Shown here in pieces: positions 21,751-32,672 of a stretch of 64,000 bases of DNA. Positions within the stretch are counted from its first letter, which is position 1. Each line of letters begins with the position of its first letter. The stretch is taken from positions 96,001 through 160,000 of the forward strand of contig CAVUVW010000025.1 in the NCBI GenBank assembly GCA_963745035.1, in the 5' to 3' direction. The stretch comes from an uncultured delta proteobacterium (GTDB lineage: Bacteria; Desulfobacterota; Binatia; UBA9968). Below the pieces are notes generated by a model that saw only the letters and a list, made by a program, of their open reading frames with translations, was not told the origin of the DNA and did not search any database. The position numbers and the translations under genes were made by a program.

Positions 21751-22361
21751 CGATAAAGTCTTTGAGTTTTGCATGATCCTTCATACCCGGGCGGGACTCC
21801 ACGCCGCTGCAAACGTCGACACCGAAGGGACGAACTCGCCGGATCGCAGCGCCGACATTTTCCACCCGCAGCCCGCCGGAGAGAATAAGCTTGGCGGCAT
21901 CGCAGCCCTCGACCCATTCCCAGGGAAACGTCGTCTCCCGAGCCGCCGTAGCCCGCCGTCCAGGAATCGAGCAGATAAAAATCCGCCGGGAAATCGTTCA
22001 TGCCGGCGAGCCCATCCCGCCCTTTCAGACGGAAGGCCTTGATGATTTTCATATTCCAGCCGCGGCAATACTCCGCGCTCTCCTCGCCATGGAACTGCAA
22101 GCCACGGTACGCCTGGCGCCCGTCAACAAGCTTTGCCGAGCCGATCACGTCGGCGACATTTTCTCGGCTTTCGTTGACGAACAAGGCAACGTTGAACGAC
22201 TCGGCGGGCAAGCGCTCGATAATCTGCCGCGCCTGCTCCGGCGCGATTGCCCGCGGGCTCGGCGCATAGAAATTAAACCCGAGCATGTCGGCACCGAACT
22301 CCAGCGCCTTCTCCGCGTCCTCCATGGTCGTGATCCCGCAAACTTTGATTTTAACAGCCAT
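21731..22361 (-). CDS. trpF: Phosphoribosylanthranilate isomerase; frameshift near 21930
   Basis: Motifs KIKVCGIT and QFHGEES. The shifted frame continues LILSGGL...[16 protein letters not shown]. Confidence 0.92.
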
Positions 22362-22382
22362 GGCAAATGCAGTTCAGAGTCC

Positions 22383-22426
22383 AGTGCTGAGTGCCGAGAA
22401 AGGATTTTGACTCAGCACTCAGCACT
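22383..22426. repeat. Inverted heptamer (CTCAGCA)n intergenic repeat
   Basis: AGTGCTGAGTGCCGAG and CTCAGCACTCAGCACT are complementary at 15 of 16 positions. Confidence 0.65.
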
Positions 22427-22433
22427 TTTTACC

Positions 22434-23213
22434 TCAGTCCTCCAAAAGCTCTTTGAGCTTTTCCCCCGGCGCCGGCGCGCGCATCAGCGATTCGCCGATG
22501 AGAAAAACGTGAATGCCGCATTTTTCGACCCGGCGGATTTGCTCCAGGCTATCGATGCCGCTTTCGCATATCGCCGGTATGTCCGGCGGCAGCAGCGGCG
22601 CCAGGCGCTCGGTCACCGCCAAATCGACGGCGAAGGTCTTGAGATCGCGATTGTTGATGCCGATCACCTGAGCGCCGGCATCGCGGGCCGCGGCCAATTC
22701 CTGCTCCGTATGAACTTCGACGAGCACATCCAAGCCGAGCGCGCGCGCCTGGGCGCCGAGCTCGCGCATCAGAGACGCTTCGAGCATCGCTGCAATCAGC
22801 AGCACCGCGTCCGCGCCGTAGCTCTTGGCCTCGATCAACTGGTACGGATCGAGGGTAAAATCCTTGCGTAAAAGCGGCGCCTGGACTGCGCCGCGAATCT
22901 CGGCCAGGTCATCCAGGCTGCCCTGAAAAAACCGCTCCTCGGTCAACACCGAGATCGCGCTGGCGCCGTGCGCCTCGTACTCCCGGGCGATCGCCACCGG
23001 ATCAAAATCGGCGCGGATCAGTCCCTTGGACGGTGAAGCCTTCTTCACCTCGGCGATGATCCGCCGCCGGCTCCCACCCAAGCTGCGGGCGAAGCCCCGC
23101 GTCGCGGCGTGGAACAACGGCCGGTCGCGCAACGCCTCGACCGGTGCCTCGCGCCGGCGGCGCTCGATAACGCCGCGCACGTGATCGGCGATGGTGGCGA
23201 GAATCTCAGACAT
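22434..23213 (-). CDS. trpC: Indole-3-glycerol phosphate synthase
   Basis: Motifs IAEVKKASPSKG, LRKDF, GINNRDL, ESGI, LIGESLM. Confidence 0.97.
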   Translation of the reverse strand: MSEILATIADHVRGVIERRRREAPVEALRDRPLFHAATRGFARSLGGSRRRIIAEVKKASPSKGLIRADFDPVAIAREYEAHGASAISVLTEERFFQGSLDDLAEIRGAVQAPLLRKDFTLDPYQLIEAKSYGADAVLLIAAMLEASLMRELGAQARALGLDVLVEVHTEQELAAARDAGAQVIGINNRDLKTFAVDLAVTERLAPLLPPDIPAICESGIDSLEQIRRVEKCGIHVFLIGESLMRAPAPGEKLKELLED

Positions 23214-23222
23214 GCCGGCAGA

Positions 23223-24239
23223 TCAAGCGGCGTTGGTCAGCTCGACCAATTGCTCGAGTTTCCGGCGGGCTTTGGCGCCGTCAATGGCTTCCGCCGCCAA
23301 ACAGACGCCGTCCTGCATGGTCGCGGCGCGGCCGCTGATGTAAAGCGCGGCGCCGCTGTTGAGTAGCACCACGTCCCGCGCCGGCCCCTTTTTACCGTCG
23401 AGAACGCCGCGCACGATCAGCGCGCTCTGTTCGGCGTTGCCGCCGTGCAAGTCTTCCAGCCGGCAGCGCTTGAAACCGAACTGCTCCGGCTCCACGGTGT
23501 ACTCTTTCACTTCGCCGTCGCGCAGCTCGGCGACTTTGGTCGGGCCGCAGAGAGAAATTTCGTCCAGCCCTTCCAGGCCATGTACTACCATGGCGCGGGC
23601 GCTGCCCAAATTCTTGAGCACCCGGGCGATCACGGCGACCAGCTCGCCGCTGTAGATGCCGAGAAGCTGGTGGCTGGCCATGGCCGGGTTGGTCAGCGGG
23701 CCGAGAATGTTGAAGATCGTCCGGATGCCGATATCGCGGCGCGGCTGCACCGCATACTTCATCGCCTCGTGCAGCAGCGGCGCGAACAGAAAGCCGATGC
23801 CGATTTCGGCGATGCAGCGCTCGACCTTTTCTCTGGGCGCGTCGACTTTCACGCCCAAGGCGCCGAGCACGTCGGCGCTGCCGGACTGGCTTGAAACCGA
23901 GCGATTGCCGTGCTTGGCGACGTGCACCCCGGCGCCCGCCAAAACGAAAGCCGAGGTCGTCGAGATGTTGAACGTGCCCTTCTGATCGCCGCCCGTGCCG
24001 CAGGTGTCGAGAACGGTCCTGGCGCTGACGTTTACCCGGTGCGCCTTTTCGCGCATCACGCGCGCCGCGCCGGTGATCTCGTCGACCGTCTCGCCTTTCA
24101 TACGGAGAGCGGTCAGGAAAGCCGCCACCTGCAGCGGCGTTGCCTCGCCGGTCATGATCTGGTTCATGACCTCGACTGTTTCCGCTTCGGAGAGATCGAT
24201 GCGGTTGACGAGCTTATCGATGGCCTGGCGAATTTCCAT
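23223..24239 (-). CDS. trpD: Anthranilate phosphoribosyltransferase
   Basis: Motifs [32 protein letters not shown]. Confidence 0.97.
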   Translation of the reverse strand: MEIRQAIDKLVNRIDLSEAETVEVMNQIMTGEATPLQVAAFLTALRMKGETVDEITGAARVMREKAHRVNVSARTVLDTCGTGGDQKGTFNISTTSAFVLAGAGVHVAKHGNRSVSSQSGSADVLGALGVKVDAPREKVERCIAEIGIGFLFAPLLHEAMKYAVQPRRDIGIRTIFNILGPLTNPAMASHQLLGIYSGELVAVIARVLKNLGSARAMVVHGLEGLDEISLCGPTKVAELRDGEVKEYTVEPEQFGFKRCRLEDLHGGNAEQSALIVRGVLDGKKGPARDVVLLNSGAALYISGRAATMQDGVCLAAEAIDGAKARRKLEQLVELTNAA

Positions 24240-24253
24240 GCGGATTTTGCGGC

Positions 24254-24964
24254 TCAGCGGCTGGCGGCAAAAGCTTTAGGATAGTTTTCCTTGGTCCGCA
24301 GCAACTCGGCCATCTTGTCGGCTTCATCGCGTGAGTTGTACCTGCCGACGTTGACTCGATACCAGCTTTTGCCCTGATTCTGGACCTCCGTGACATACGC
24401 GTTGTAGCCCTTATTTTTCAGGCGATCAACGATCTGCTTAGCCGCGCTCTCGTCGGGAAACGCGTTCACCTGGGTGCGCCAGCTCTTCTTCTGATTGGCA
24501 TCGGCGGTTTCCGCCGCCCCCGTTTTCTTGACTGTTTCCGCCGCCGGAGCGGCCCTCTCGGTTTTTTTCTCGGCGATTTTTGCGCCGGCCTGGCTTTCGT
24601 TTTTCGCGCCGGCGCCATTCTTCGTCCCGGTCTTGGAAGCTTTCTCGGCGAGCTTCGGCGCCGCCGGCGGTTCATTGGGCGCTGTCGCGGCCACAGGCTG
24701 GGTAGGCAGCGACTCGTTGAACGTGAACTCGGTTTTCGACGGCGGAGCCGGCGCGGCGCTGGACTCGGCGGCGCTGGGCTTGATGGGAATCTTGACCAGC
24801 GGCTCTTCTTTTTTCAGGAGCCTTCTTCCCTCGATCCCTTTGCCGACAAACACGCCGAGCACGAAGATGATCAGCGAAGCCGCGGTAAATGCCGCGCCCA
24901 GCAAGATCATCTGGCTGCGGCTGAAGTAAAAGCGGCCGTCTTTGCCTCTGCGATTTTCCGCCAT
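24254..24964 (-). CDS. SPOR-domain cell division protein (FtsN/DedD-like)
   Basis: N-terminal TM helix, Ala/Pro/Lys linker, C-terminal QVNAF...WYRVNVG. Lies directly after argS. Confidence 0.85.
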   Translation of the reverse strand: MAENRRGKDGRFYFSRSQMILLGAAFTAASLIIFVLGVFVGKGIEGRRLLKKEEPLVKIPIKPSAAESSAAPAPPSKTEFTFNESLPTQPVAATAPNEPPAAPKLAEKASKTGTKNGAGAKNESQAGAKIAEKKTERAAPAAETVKKTGAAETADANQKKSWRTQVNAFPDESAAKQIVDRLKNKGYNAYVTEVQNQGKSWYRVNVGRYNSRDEADKMAELLRTKENYPKAFAASR

Positions 24965-24995
24965 GAATGTTCCCTCGCCCTTCTCTGGAGCTTTT

Positions 24996-26678
24996 CTAAT
25001 CGTCCGCTTCCGGGCGCGCCGCCATTTTCATCGGCGCGTCGATGCCGAGAATTTCGAGCCCGCGGCGCACCGTCTTCTGCACGTTTTCAACCAGTAGCAA
25101 GCGCGCTCCGGTGAGCTCGATATCTTCGGAAATGACCCGCTGCCGGTTGTAGTAGCGATGAAATTCGCCGGCGAGATCCAAAAGATGAAACACCAGGCGA
25201 TGGGGTTCGAGCTCTCGCACGCTATCTTCCAGGACATCGTTGAACTGAATCATCTTGCGGATGAGCTCGATTTCTTCGGCGAGATCCAGACGCTCCACCG
25301 CCGCCGTCCTCGGCTCGCCCGTGGCCGCGCCGCTCTTGCGCGCTTGCTCCAAGATGCTCGCCACCCGGGCGTGCGCGTACTGCACGTAAAAAACCGGGTT
25401 CTCGCTCGACTGCTTCTTGGCGAGATCCAGGTCGAAGTCGAGATGGCTGTCCGCTTTGCGCATCAAAAAGAAAAACCGCGCGGCGTCGCTTCCGACTTCC
25501 TCGATCACTTCTTCGAGAGACACGAACTCGCCGGTGCGCTTGCCCATGCGTACCGGCTCGCCGCCCCGGCTAAGCTGAACCATCTGCACCAACACCACCC
25601 GCAAAATCTCCGGATCGTAGCCCAACCCCTGCATCGCGGCTTTGAGCCGCGGCACGTAGCCGTGGTGATCGGCGCCCCAGACGTTGATCAGCTTGCGGTA
25701 GTTCCGCGCAAACTTGTTGCGATGATAGGCGATGTCGCTGGCGAAATAGGTGAGCTCGCCGTCGCTTTTGACCACCGTCCGATCCTTGTCGTCGCCGAAC
25801 TGCGTCGATCGATACCATTCGGCGCCGTCCTGCGAATAGAGCAGGCCCCGCGCGCGCATTTCCTCCATGGCTTGCGCGACTTCGCCACGCTCGCGCATGG
25901 CTTTTTCGCTGAAAAACGTATCAAAGACGATGCCGAAGCCGCGCAGCTGGTCGCGAATCGTATCGAGCAGCGCCCGGCCGCCGTACTCGCGGAAAAACAC
26001 CCGGGCCGCTTCGTGATCCTGACGCAAGTATTTGTCGCCCTGTTTCCGCCGGATCGCGGCGGCCACGTCCTTGACGTAGTCGCCCGGGTAACCGCCCTCG
26101 GGAAGCGGCACCGATTCGCCGAACAACTCGCGATAGCGTGCCTCGATCGAGAGCGCGAGATTCTCCATCTGGTTGCCGGCGTCGTTGACATAATACTCGC
26201 GCTCGACTTGGAAGCCGGTGGCTTGGTGCAGCCGCGCCAGCACATCGCCGATGACGGCGACTCTCCCGTGGCCGACGTGCAGCGGCCCGGTGGGATTGAC
26301 GCTGGCGAACTCGACCTGAACTTTCTCGCCGTGGCCGAGATCGATACGCGCATGGGCCCCGGCGGCGATCTCGCGCAGTCTTTCAAAATAAAACTTCGGC
26401 GCGAAGGTAAAATTCAAAAATCCCGGTCCGGCGATCTCCGCGCGCGCGAGAATGGATTCGGGGTCCTCGAGGTTCCTGAGAATGGTCTCGGCGATCATGC
26501 GCGGCGGTTTTTTCGCGCTCTTCGCCCAAAGCATCGCGACGTTGGTCGCCAAGTCGCCGAACTCGCGCTGCTTCGGCGCTTCGAGAAGCAAAGGGGGGAG
26601 CTCTGGCAAAGTCAGCTCTCCCTCCTTGGAGACCTTCTCGATCGCTCGGGTCAAAAGATCCCTAAGGTGACTTTGCAT
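24996..26678 (-). CDS. argS: Arginine--tRNA ligase
   Basis: Motifs VEFASVNPTGPLHVGHGR, WGADHHGY, MGKRTG, NPVFYVQYAHAR. Confidence 0.97.
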   Translation of the reverse strand: MQSHLRDLLTRAIEKVSKEGELTLPELPPLLLEAPKQREFGDLATNVAMLWAKSAKKPPRMIAETILRNLEDPESILARAEIAGPGFLNFTFAPKFYFERLREIAAGAHARIDLGHGEKVQVEFASVNPTGPLHVGHGRVAVIGDVLARLHQATGFQVEREYYVNDAGNQMENLALSIEARYRELFGESVPLPEGGYPGDYVKDVAAAIRRKQGDKYLRQDHEAARVFFREYGGRALLDTIRDQLRGFGIVFDTFFSEKAMRERGEVAQAMEEMRARGLLYSQDGAEWYRSTQFGDDKDRTVVKSDGELTYFASDIAYHRNKFARNYRKLINVWGADHHGYVPRLKAAMQGLGYDPEILRVVLVQMVQLSRGGEPVRMGKRTGEFVSLEEVIEEVGSDAARFFFLMRKADSHLDFDLDLAKKQSSENPVFYVQYAHARVASILEQARKSGAATGEPRTAAVERLDLAEEIELIRKMIQFNDVLEDSVRELEPHRLVFHLLDLAGEFHRYYNRQRVISEDIELTGARLLLVENVQKTVRRGLEILGIDAPMKMAARPEADD

Positions 26679-26987
26679 GGCGTCCTTTAATCATCTAATC
26701 ATCGCTGCCGCCGCCGCGCGGTAAAAACTAACGGATGTGCCGCTATCATTGAGAGTTTAAGGAATGGCCGCCGCTACCGACGCCAATTTAACGCAATGGT
26801 TTCATCCGTGCAAATCGCTCTCTGCGCTGCCTTGCCGCCGCTTTCACGCTGCGCGGCAGCAAATCGAATGGGGGGCCGCCACGGCGGGAGCCCGGTGAGA
26901 GAGCGCCAAAAGCGCCGACGGAGTGAGCGCAGCGCTGGTGGCCAATGGACGCCGCGCGCAGCTTTGATGCCCATTGCCAAGCGGGCA

Positions 26988-27527
26988 TCAGCGCAGCGAC
27001 AGAAATTTCGCTGGGATGAACTCGGCGAGATAGAGCGGCCCGGACAGATAAAAGCGCACGCCTTCGCGCTGCGCCACCGCGACGTCGATCTCGATGATCG
27101 ACGGCGCCGGATCGTGGCGACGCGCCACGGATTCGGCCTCTTCGGCGCTGACGCTTAGATGAACATATTGGCGATCGCGCGGCTTGAGGCCGCCACGCAG
27201 CATCGACTGCGCCAGATCGCGCGCCGCGCCGTAGTAGAGTTTCGCCGGCGCGTGCTCGGCCGCCTCGCCGAGCTCCACCGAAAACGAGTGGCCGTAGGTC
27301 GCCCGCACCTTGCCATCGACAAGCTCAAAGCGTTTTTTCTCCGCGCCGCTGATCACCGCCTCGATCTGCTCTTCGGTGACGTCGTAATAGCGCTCCTGCA
27401 GTAGCTCGACCACGTCGCCCCAGTCGACGAAGCCGCGCTTGTCGAACACCAGCGGATACTCTTTGGGCCGGTGGCGCAAAAGATAGGTGAGAAACCGCGA
27501 AATGCGCTCCGGTGGTAAACCGGCCAT
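26988..27527 (-). CDS. kptA: RNA 2'-phosphotransferase (Tpt1/KptA family)
   Basis: Motifs SRFLTYLLRH, KKRF, RATYGHS, RQYVHLS. Confidence 0.88.
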   Translation of the reverse strand: MAGLPPERISRFLTYLLRHRPKEYPLVFDKRGFVDWGDVVELLQERYYDVTEEQIEAVISGAEKKRFELVDGKVRATYGHSFSVELGEAAEHAPAKLYYGAARDLAQSMLRGGLKPRDRQYVHLSVSAEEAESVARRHDPAPSIIEIDVAVAQREGVRFYLSGPLYLAEFIPAKFLSLR

Positions 27528-27530
27528 GGA

Positions 27531-28415
27531 TCAAACACCCCGCTTTTGTCCGGTGATCACGTCGTATACGTTGCAGGCGATACCGGTGGCTTCGTAGTCG
27601 TCCATGCCGGTCGCCTGCGCGATCGAAAACATCTGATACGCCAGCGCGACGAACGGCATCGGCACTTCCATCTCGCGCGCCATGTCCAAGCCGAAACCGA
27701 CGTCTTTCGGCATCCACGACTTGCGCGGTTTATACTTGCGGCTGACGACGATCTCCATGATGCGGTCGATGGCGACCGAATCCTGCGCCGAGTTTTTGAG
27801 AATCGTGCGAAAAGTGTCTTCGCTGAGCCCGCCTTTTTTCAGCCACGCGCAGATCTCGGCCAGGGTCAGGTGGGTCACCGCGGCGAACATCGCCATGGCG
27901 TTCTTCACGAGCTTGGCGTTGCCGAGCTCGCCGACATAGAGAATCTTGTTGCCCATCGCTTGGAACACCGCCTGGTGTTCATCGAAGACTGCCTTGGAGC
28001 CGGAAAGCCAAAGCGACAGAGTGCCGGCGGCGGCCGCTTCTTCGACGCCGCCCGCCGAGCCGTCGAGTATGGTCCAGCCCTTTTTTACCAGCTCGGCATT
28101 GACCCCGACAATGGTCTTCTTGTCGATGCTGCTGAAATCGATCCAGAGCTTGGCGCCGCTCGCCGCCTCGTGCAATCCGCCGGGGCCGAGCCCCACCGCG
28201 CGCACCGCTTCGTTGTATGGAAGCATGGAAAACACGATCTCGCAGGATTCCGCGACCGCCTTCGGCGATTCTTTGAAGACAGCGCCTCGGCTTTCCAGCC
28301 CCGTGGCCTGTTCGCGGCGGAGGTCGTTGACGACGAGCTTGTTGCCCGCCTTGAGCAGATTTCCCGCCATGCCGCTGCCCATGCCGCCGGTGCCGATAAA
28401 TCCAAGAGTCTTCAT
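27531..28415 (-). CDS. NAD(P)-dependent beta-hydroxyacid dehydrogenase family protein
   Basis: Motifs GFIGTGGMG, AKLVKN (catalytic Lys region), KDVGFG. Confidence 0.85.
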   Translation of the reverse strand: MKTLGFIGTGGMGSGMAGNLLKAGNKLVVNDLRREQATGLESRGAVFKESPKAVAESCEIVFSMLPYNEAVRAVGLGPGGLHEAASGAKLWIDFSSIDKKTIVGVNAELVKKGWTILDGSAGGVEEAAAAGTLSLWLSGSKAVFDEHQAVFQAMGNKILYVGELGNAKLVKNAMAMFAAVTHLTLAEICAWLKKGGLSEDTFRTILKNSAQDSVAIDRIMEIVVSRKYKPRKSWMPKDVGFGLDMAREMEVPMPFVALAYQMFSIAQATGMDDYEATGIACNVYDVITGQKRGV

Positions 28416-28445
28416 TTTTTGCCTCCGCAAAAGAAAATGTGTTGC

Positions 28446-28826
28446 CTATTTGTCTACGATGCGTACGCCCGCCGGCCAGAGCACCAAGACCACCGTCTCG
28501 CCCACCGCGCGCGGCGTGTGCACCGAATGGGCGTCGAGAAAAACGATCTCGCCTTGGCTGTACTCGCCGGTCTCGTCAGCAATGCGGCCTTTGAGAACCA
28601 GATAGAACTCGCCGCCGAGATGCTCGTGCTTTACGAATGCGTCGGTCGCGCCGGCGGCGATCCGATAGAGCACCAGCTCGCGCGGCCCTTCGCGCGCCAG
28701 GCGCGACATCGAAAGGCCATTGCCGAAATCGCGCCACGGCAGCCGCTCAAGCGCCGCATCGTCGAGCTCCAAGCGCAAAAAATCGCTCAAGGACCGGCGC
28801 AGCACGGCGACGGGATCATCTTTCAT
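28446..28826 (-). CDS. Cupin-domain protein (ChrR-like)
   Basis: Motifs HEHLGGEFYLVLKG and SVHTP. Confidence 0.75.
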   Translation of the reverse strand: MKDDPVAVLRRSLSDFLRLELDDAALERLPWRDFGNGLSMSRLAREGPRELVLYRIAAGATDAFVKHEHLGGEFYLVLKGRIADETGEYSQGEIVFLDAHSVHTPRAVGETVVLVLWPAGVRIVDK

Positions 28827-28938
28827 CGGGCTTAGATATCACGACCCACTGGTGAACAAAAGATCGCGCCGGCCGGAAACGGCGCTCCTTGCCCCGCCTG
28901 TGAATGGCAAGCGGCGGCGCTTCGCGCCGGCGGGCGAA

Positions 28939-29367
28939 TCAAAACCCGCAATCGGCGGGCGCAACCTCGATGGTGGCGATATGCCGCTTTTCTTTGTCGA
29001 AATAGGAATAGCGCAAAGTGACGCCTTCCTTGAGAAAGCCGTCGCGCGTTTCCGGCCGGTTGCAGGCTCCCTGAACGATTTTCTGCTTGGCCCCGGCGGC
29101 AAATTTTTGATGATCCAGTTGGCCGACGGAATATTTCACCAGGCGATAGTTATACACCAGCATCGCGTATCCGGCCGTGGACGGCAGCAGCTCGGTTTCG
29201 GCGTCGATCATCACCGGCACCGAGCGATTGATCTCGGCGGCGATCTTGTTCAAATACTCCGCTGAACGAGGGTCTCTTGGGGTGCTCAAATAGGCCGGCA
29301 ACACCCACCAAACGAGCAGCCCGACGGCAACTCCGCCGGCCAACCACACAAGAGTCTTGTTTTTCAT
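28939..29367 (-). CDS. Hypothetical membrane-anchored periplasmic protein
   Basis: N-terminal TM helix, AAEINRSVPVMIDAET, two Cys residues. Fits the run of minus-strand genes. Confidence 0.65.
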   Translation of the reverse strand: MKNKTLVWLAGGVAVGLLVWWVLPAYLSTPRDPRSAEYLNKIAAEINRSVPVMIDAETELLPSTAGYAMLVYNYRLVKYSVGQLDHQKFAAGAKQKIVQGACNRPETRDGFLKEGVTLRYSYFDKEKRHIATIEVAPADCGF

Positions 29368-29405
29368 CGATTACGCGTCCCGCTCTGAAAGCGGAGACGA
29401 GAACA

Positions 29406-30989
29406 TTACTCTCCCAAAACGAGCAAATGCCAGGTCGTGTCCCCCAGCGTGTTGCGTGCGATGATCGACTCGGCCGCCATCGCCGGCAACTTCCGCAGCG
29501 CGCGCTCCTTTACTAAAACATAACTCTTTTCGCCGGCATCGCGAAGTCTGGCGATTTCCGCGGGCGCATCGAGCACCGGAATTTTTTCCCGCCGCGCGTA
29601 GTAGTTGAAGTCGTTGGTCGTGTCCTCGTAGACGTAGAGCGGCGCCGCCGCGGGCACCCGCCGGTTGATCTCCGCGGCGAACTGCCGGTGCGATTTGAAC
29701 GGTTCCAGACGGGGAAACACCCAAAAGGCAGCGGTGACGGTCAACAACAGCATCATCGCGCCGAGGGAGATAGCGACCGGCTCCGGGCGTCGCCGCAAGA
29801 TGAGCGCAGTAGCCGCCAAACCGCCGGACGCCGCGACGATGGTTGAGGGTAAAAGCAGCCAGAAAAACTCCGGGCGCAGAGTCCATACTGCTATCGGAAG
29901 CGCCAGGCCGGCGAGCGCGACCGAGCCGAAGAAGATCACCGCGAACCAGAGTTTAAGGCCGCCGCCGGCCCAGTCTTGCGCCGCCAGATCATTTAGATAA
30001 TTCGCCACCAGCAGCGCCAGCGGCGGGAATAGTGGCAGTAAATAAAGATCCCGTTTGGTGGCCGAGAGCAAAAAAAATGTTAAGACCACGGCGAACCACA
30101 GGAAAAAAAACTGCGCTTGGGGATGGTTCCACGACAGCCGATAGCTGCGACCCGCGGTGGCCGGGATCAAGAACGCCGTCCAGGGAAGAAAATCCGCGGG
30201 GAAAGTGGTCAAATAATAGTAAAAAGGCTGATGGTGCCCCGTTCCAACGACGTAGCGCTGGAGATGATGAACGTAGAGGAAATCGATGACCCACTTGCCT
30301 TCACTGGCGCGGCTCGCCAGGTAAAACCACGGTCCCGCCACCGCGGCGAAGAGCGGGATGCCCAGCGGCAGCTTGGCCGCTCGTAGGAGGCTCCAGTCGC
30401 GGCGCGCGATCATGAACGCGATCAACAGCAGAGCCGGCAAGACGATGCCGATCAGCCCCTTCGTCAAGGTCGCCAGCGCCATGAAGACATAGGCCGGCAG
30501 GATTTCATTGGGCCCGCCCCGGCGCAAAAGCGCGCGCGCGCCGAAATAGATCGTCAGCAAAAAGAACCAGCTAAAGAGCAGGTCCACGTGCGCCCAGCGC
30601 GCTTCCCAGATCACGCGAAACGAAGTGGCGATTACCAGCGCCGCGAGCGCGCCGACGCGCGCGGAATAAAAATCGCGGCCGATGAAGTATGTCGTCAAGA
30701 CAAAACCGACCCCACCCAGAGCGGCGGGCAAGCGCACCGCCCACTCGCTCACTCCGCCCGATAGCTTGGCGGCGAGCAGCGCCATCCAGAAGTATAGAAT
30801 TGGTTTGTCCGTATAGAGCGCGCCGTTGATCGTGGGCACGACCCATTCACCTTTGGCGAACATCACGCGCACGATCTCGGCATAGCGCGGCTCCACCGGC
30901 GCCCAGAGATCGCGCGCGCCGAGCCCGGGGAAAAAGAGCAGCAGCGCAAAGCAGAACACGCTTGCGGGATAATACCTGTGAAGATTCAA
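29406..30989 (-). CDS. ArnT/PMT-like GT-C membrane glycosyltransferase
   Basis: Motifs EPRYAEIVRVM, DKPILYFW, LATLTKG, HHQPFYYY, KRDLYLLP. Many TM segments. Confidence 0.88.
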   Translation of the reverse strand: MNLHRYYPASVFCFALLLFFPGLGARDLWAPVEPRYAEIVRVMFAKGEWVVPTINGALYTDKPILYFWMALLAAKLSGGVSEWAVRLPAALGGVGFVLTTYFIGRDFYSARVGALAALVIATSFRVIWEARWAHVDLLFSWFFLLTIYFGARALLRRGGPNEILPAYVFMALATLTKGLIGIVLPALLLIAFMIARRDWSLLRAAKLPLGIPLFAAVAGPWFYLASRASEGKWVIDFLYVHHLQRYVVGTGHHQPFYYYLTTFPADFLPWTAFLIPATAGRSYRLSWNHPQAQFFFLWFAVVLTFFLLSATKRDLYLLPLFPPLALLVANYLNDLAAQDWAGGGLKLWFAVIFFGSVALAGLALPIAVWTLRPEFFWLLLPSTIVAASGGLAATALILRRRPEPVAISLGAMMLLLTVTAAFWVFPRLEPFKSHRQFAAEINRRVPAAAPLYVYEDTTNDFNYYARREKIPVLDAPAEIARLRDAGEKSYVLVKERALRKLPAMAAESIIARNTLGDTTWHLLVLGE

Positions 30990-31101
30990 TCCGAAGAACC
31001 GCGACGCTGGTGTTAATCATCCTTAGCAGCGGCGCGGTGTTTTTGCCAGGATTTTAGCCGTACAGAGATGTCGTCCAGGTGAGCCAGACCTGGCCCCAAC
31101 C

Positions 31102-31138
31102 AAAAAAAACGGGGAACGGCATCTCACCGCTCCCCGTT
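31102..31138 (-). terminator. Rho-independent terminator after the porin gene
   Basis: AACGGGGAGCGG-UGAGAUG-CCGUUCCCCGUU followed by a U-run. Confidence 0.85.
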
Positions 31139-31158
31139 CGGACGAACAGTCAAAGCGC

Positions 31159-32380
31159 TTAGAACGCGTAGATCAGCTGCGCCGCCAAGGTCGTCTGATT
31201 TTTGTCGGCCCGGCTCGATCCCTTTTTGAAGAAGGCCTCGTCCGCCCAGTCCTGGCGAACTTCCATCCGGCCGAGGAGCATCTTGGTGAATTTATAGGAA
31301 CCCGTCAGAGTGATTTCGGCTAACGTCTGTTGCGCATGGGTACCCGAGAAATTTCCGCCCAAACGCGCGCCGTCACGGTCTTTGAAGAACTCCCCGCGCA
31401 ACGCCGTGGTGAAACGATCAGTCCAGCCATAGGAAACGATTCCGGCCAATCCATGCCACATCGCATCGCGAGTGCCACCCAAAGACGCGTCTTCTTCCTT
31501 ACCGTAGCTATACTCAAGAATGATCGCGAGCGGGTCGAACGGCTTGATGGTCGCCACATGGCTCATGACAAAACGCTGATCGCCCGTGTTGCTGCGCTGC
31601 TCGGGTCCGAAGATGAAGTTACTGGCCAACGCAGAACTGATCGATCGGCGTAAAGTTAAATCCCCACATGCCGGAAGGCTGTCTATTGTTGTCTCTGGGA
31701 TTGTCCCAGCCGGTCACTACGCCGGCGTTGATCGACAGCGTCTTAAGCACCGGATACGTGAAAAGCATACCGAGATGGCGAATCGGTATGGCAAAGTTGA
31801 AAAGGAACGATCGGGAAAAATTATCGTTATAGGCGCCCGGATTGGGGAGAATTTCGGTCCCCAGAGTTGTCACGAAGAGGCCGCCCTTCACGCCAATCCC
31901 CTCGCCAACGGGAATAGTTGTCGTTAAATAGGCCTCACGCACCTCGGCCGACGGCTCGCTGGTCAGCGATTTGCCCCACAGGGTCGCTTCGCGCAGGAGC
32001 TCGCCACTCCGGCCGAAGTCGCCGGAAAGGCGGAACCCCACGCCCCAGTCTTTCTCGGGCTTTTCCACGTACAGATGAAGATAGTTGAAAACCACTCTGT
32101 TGTGGTCCTTGTCGAAGTACCTGCCGCTGATATCGTTCGGGCTTTTCGGCTCGTTAAAGCTCCATTGGTAGCTGGTATCCAGGAAGCCGCCCATGCTGAG
32201 CCCCACGGCCTTCTCCAGCGCCCCTTTGCTTTCGGCGATTTGTTTGTCCAGCAGGCCGACGCTGCCGTCCAGGCTCAACCAGCCGGGGCCGAGCGGCTTA
32301 TCGTCCTGCGCGCGCACCGCTCCGGTCGTCAGGAAAACCAGCGCGAGGGATAGAAAGATCCTTGCCATCTGTCGCTTCAT
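31159..32380 (-). CDS. Outer-membrane beta-barrel (putative porin, BBP2/OmpL-like); frameshift near 31630
   Basis: SD GAGGAGG, signal ending VRA-Q, amphipathic strands, motifs YNDNFSRSFLF and LRGEFFKD, C-terminal LIYAF. Confidence 0.8.
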
Positions 32381-32460
32381 CGAGTGAACCTCCTCAAAGT
32401 TAGCTGAGATACTAAGCCGCATTGAGCGACACCGCAAACCCAAAAACCTCGATTTTACAC

Positions 32461-32476
32461 AGCAATAAAAATGCCA
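32461..32476 (-). promoter_or_regulatory. sigma54 promoter of the porin gene
   Basis: TGGCATTTTTATTGCT matches the TGGCAY-N5-TTGCW consensus. Confidence 0.8.
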
Positions 32477-32672
32477 TGAGACGACGATCCCTCGGCGCGT
32501 CGTAACAAGCTTGAAACTAAAAATTATTCTCTTCGAGCTCGGCGGCTAAAATATCGCTGTCGCCTAGAAGTTAATCATCCCTGTCTAATTTCTAGGCGCT
32601 CCGATGCCGCGCGACACTCCAGCGGCTTTTCCAGCTCGCATAAACCGGCACGGCTGTGAATTCGCGCCTCGG

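Noticed and set aside
25158-26690. Long plus-strand ORFs antisense to argS (likewise 16831-17874, 27546-28835, 42684-43868 and others)
   Set aside because: These are shadow ORFs of GC-rich coding sequence with no recognisable motifs.
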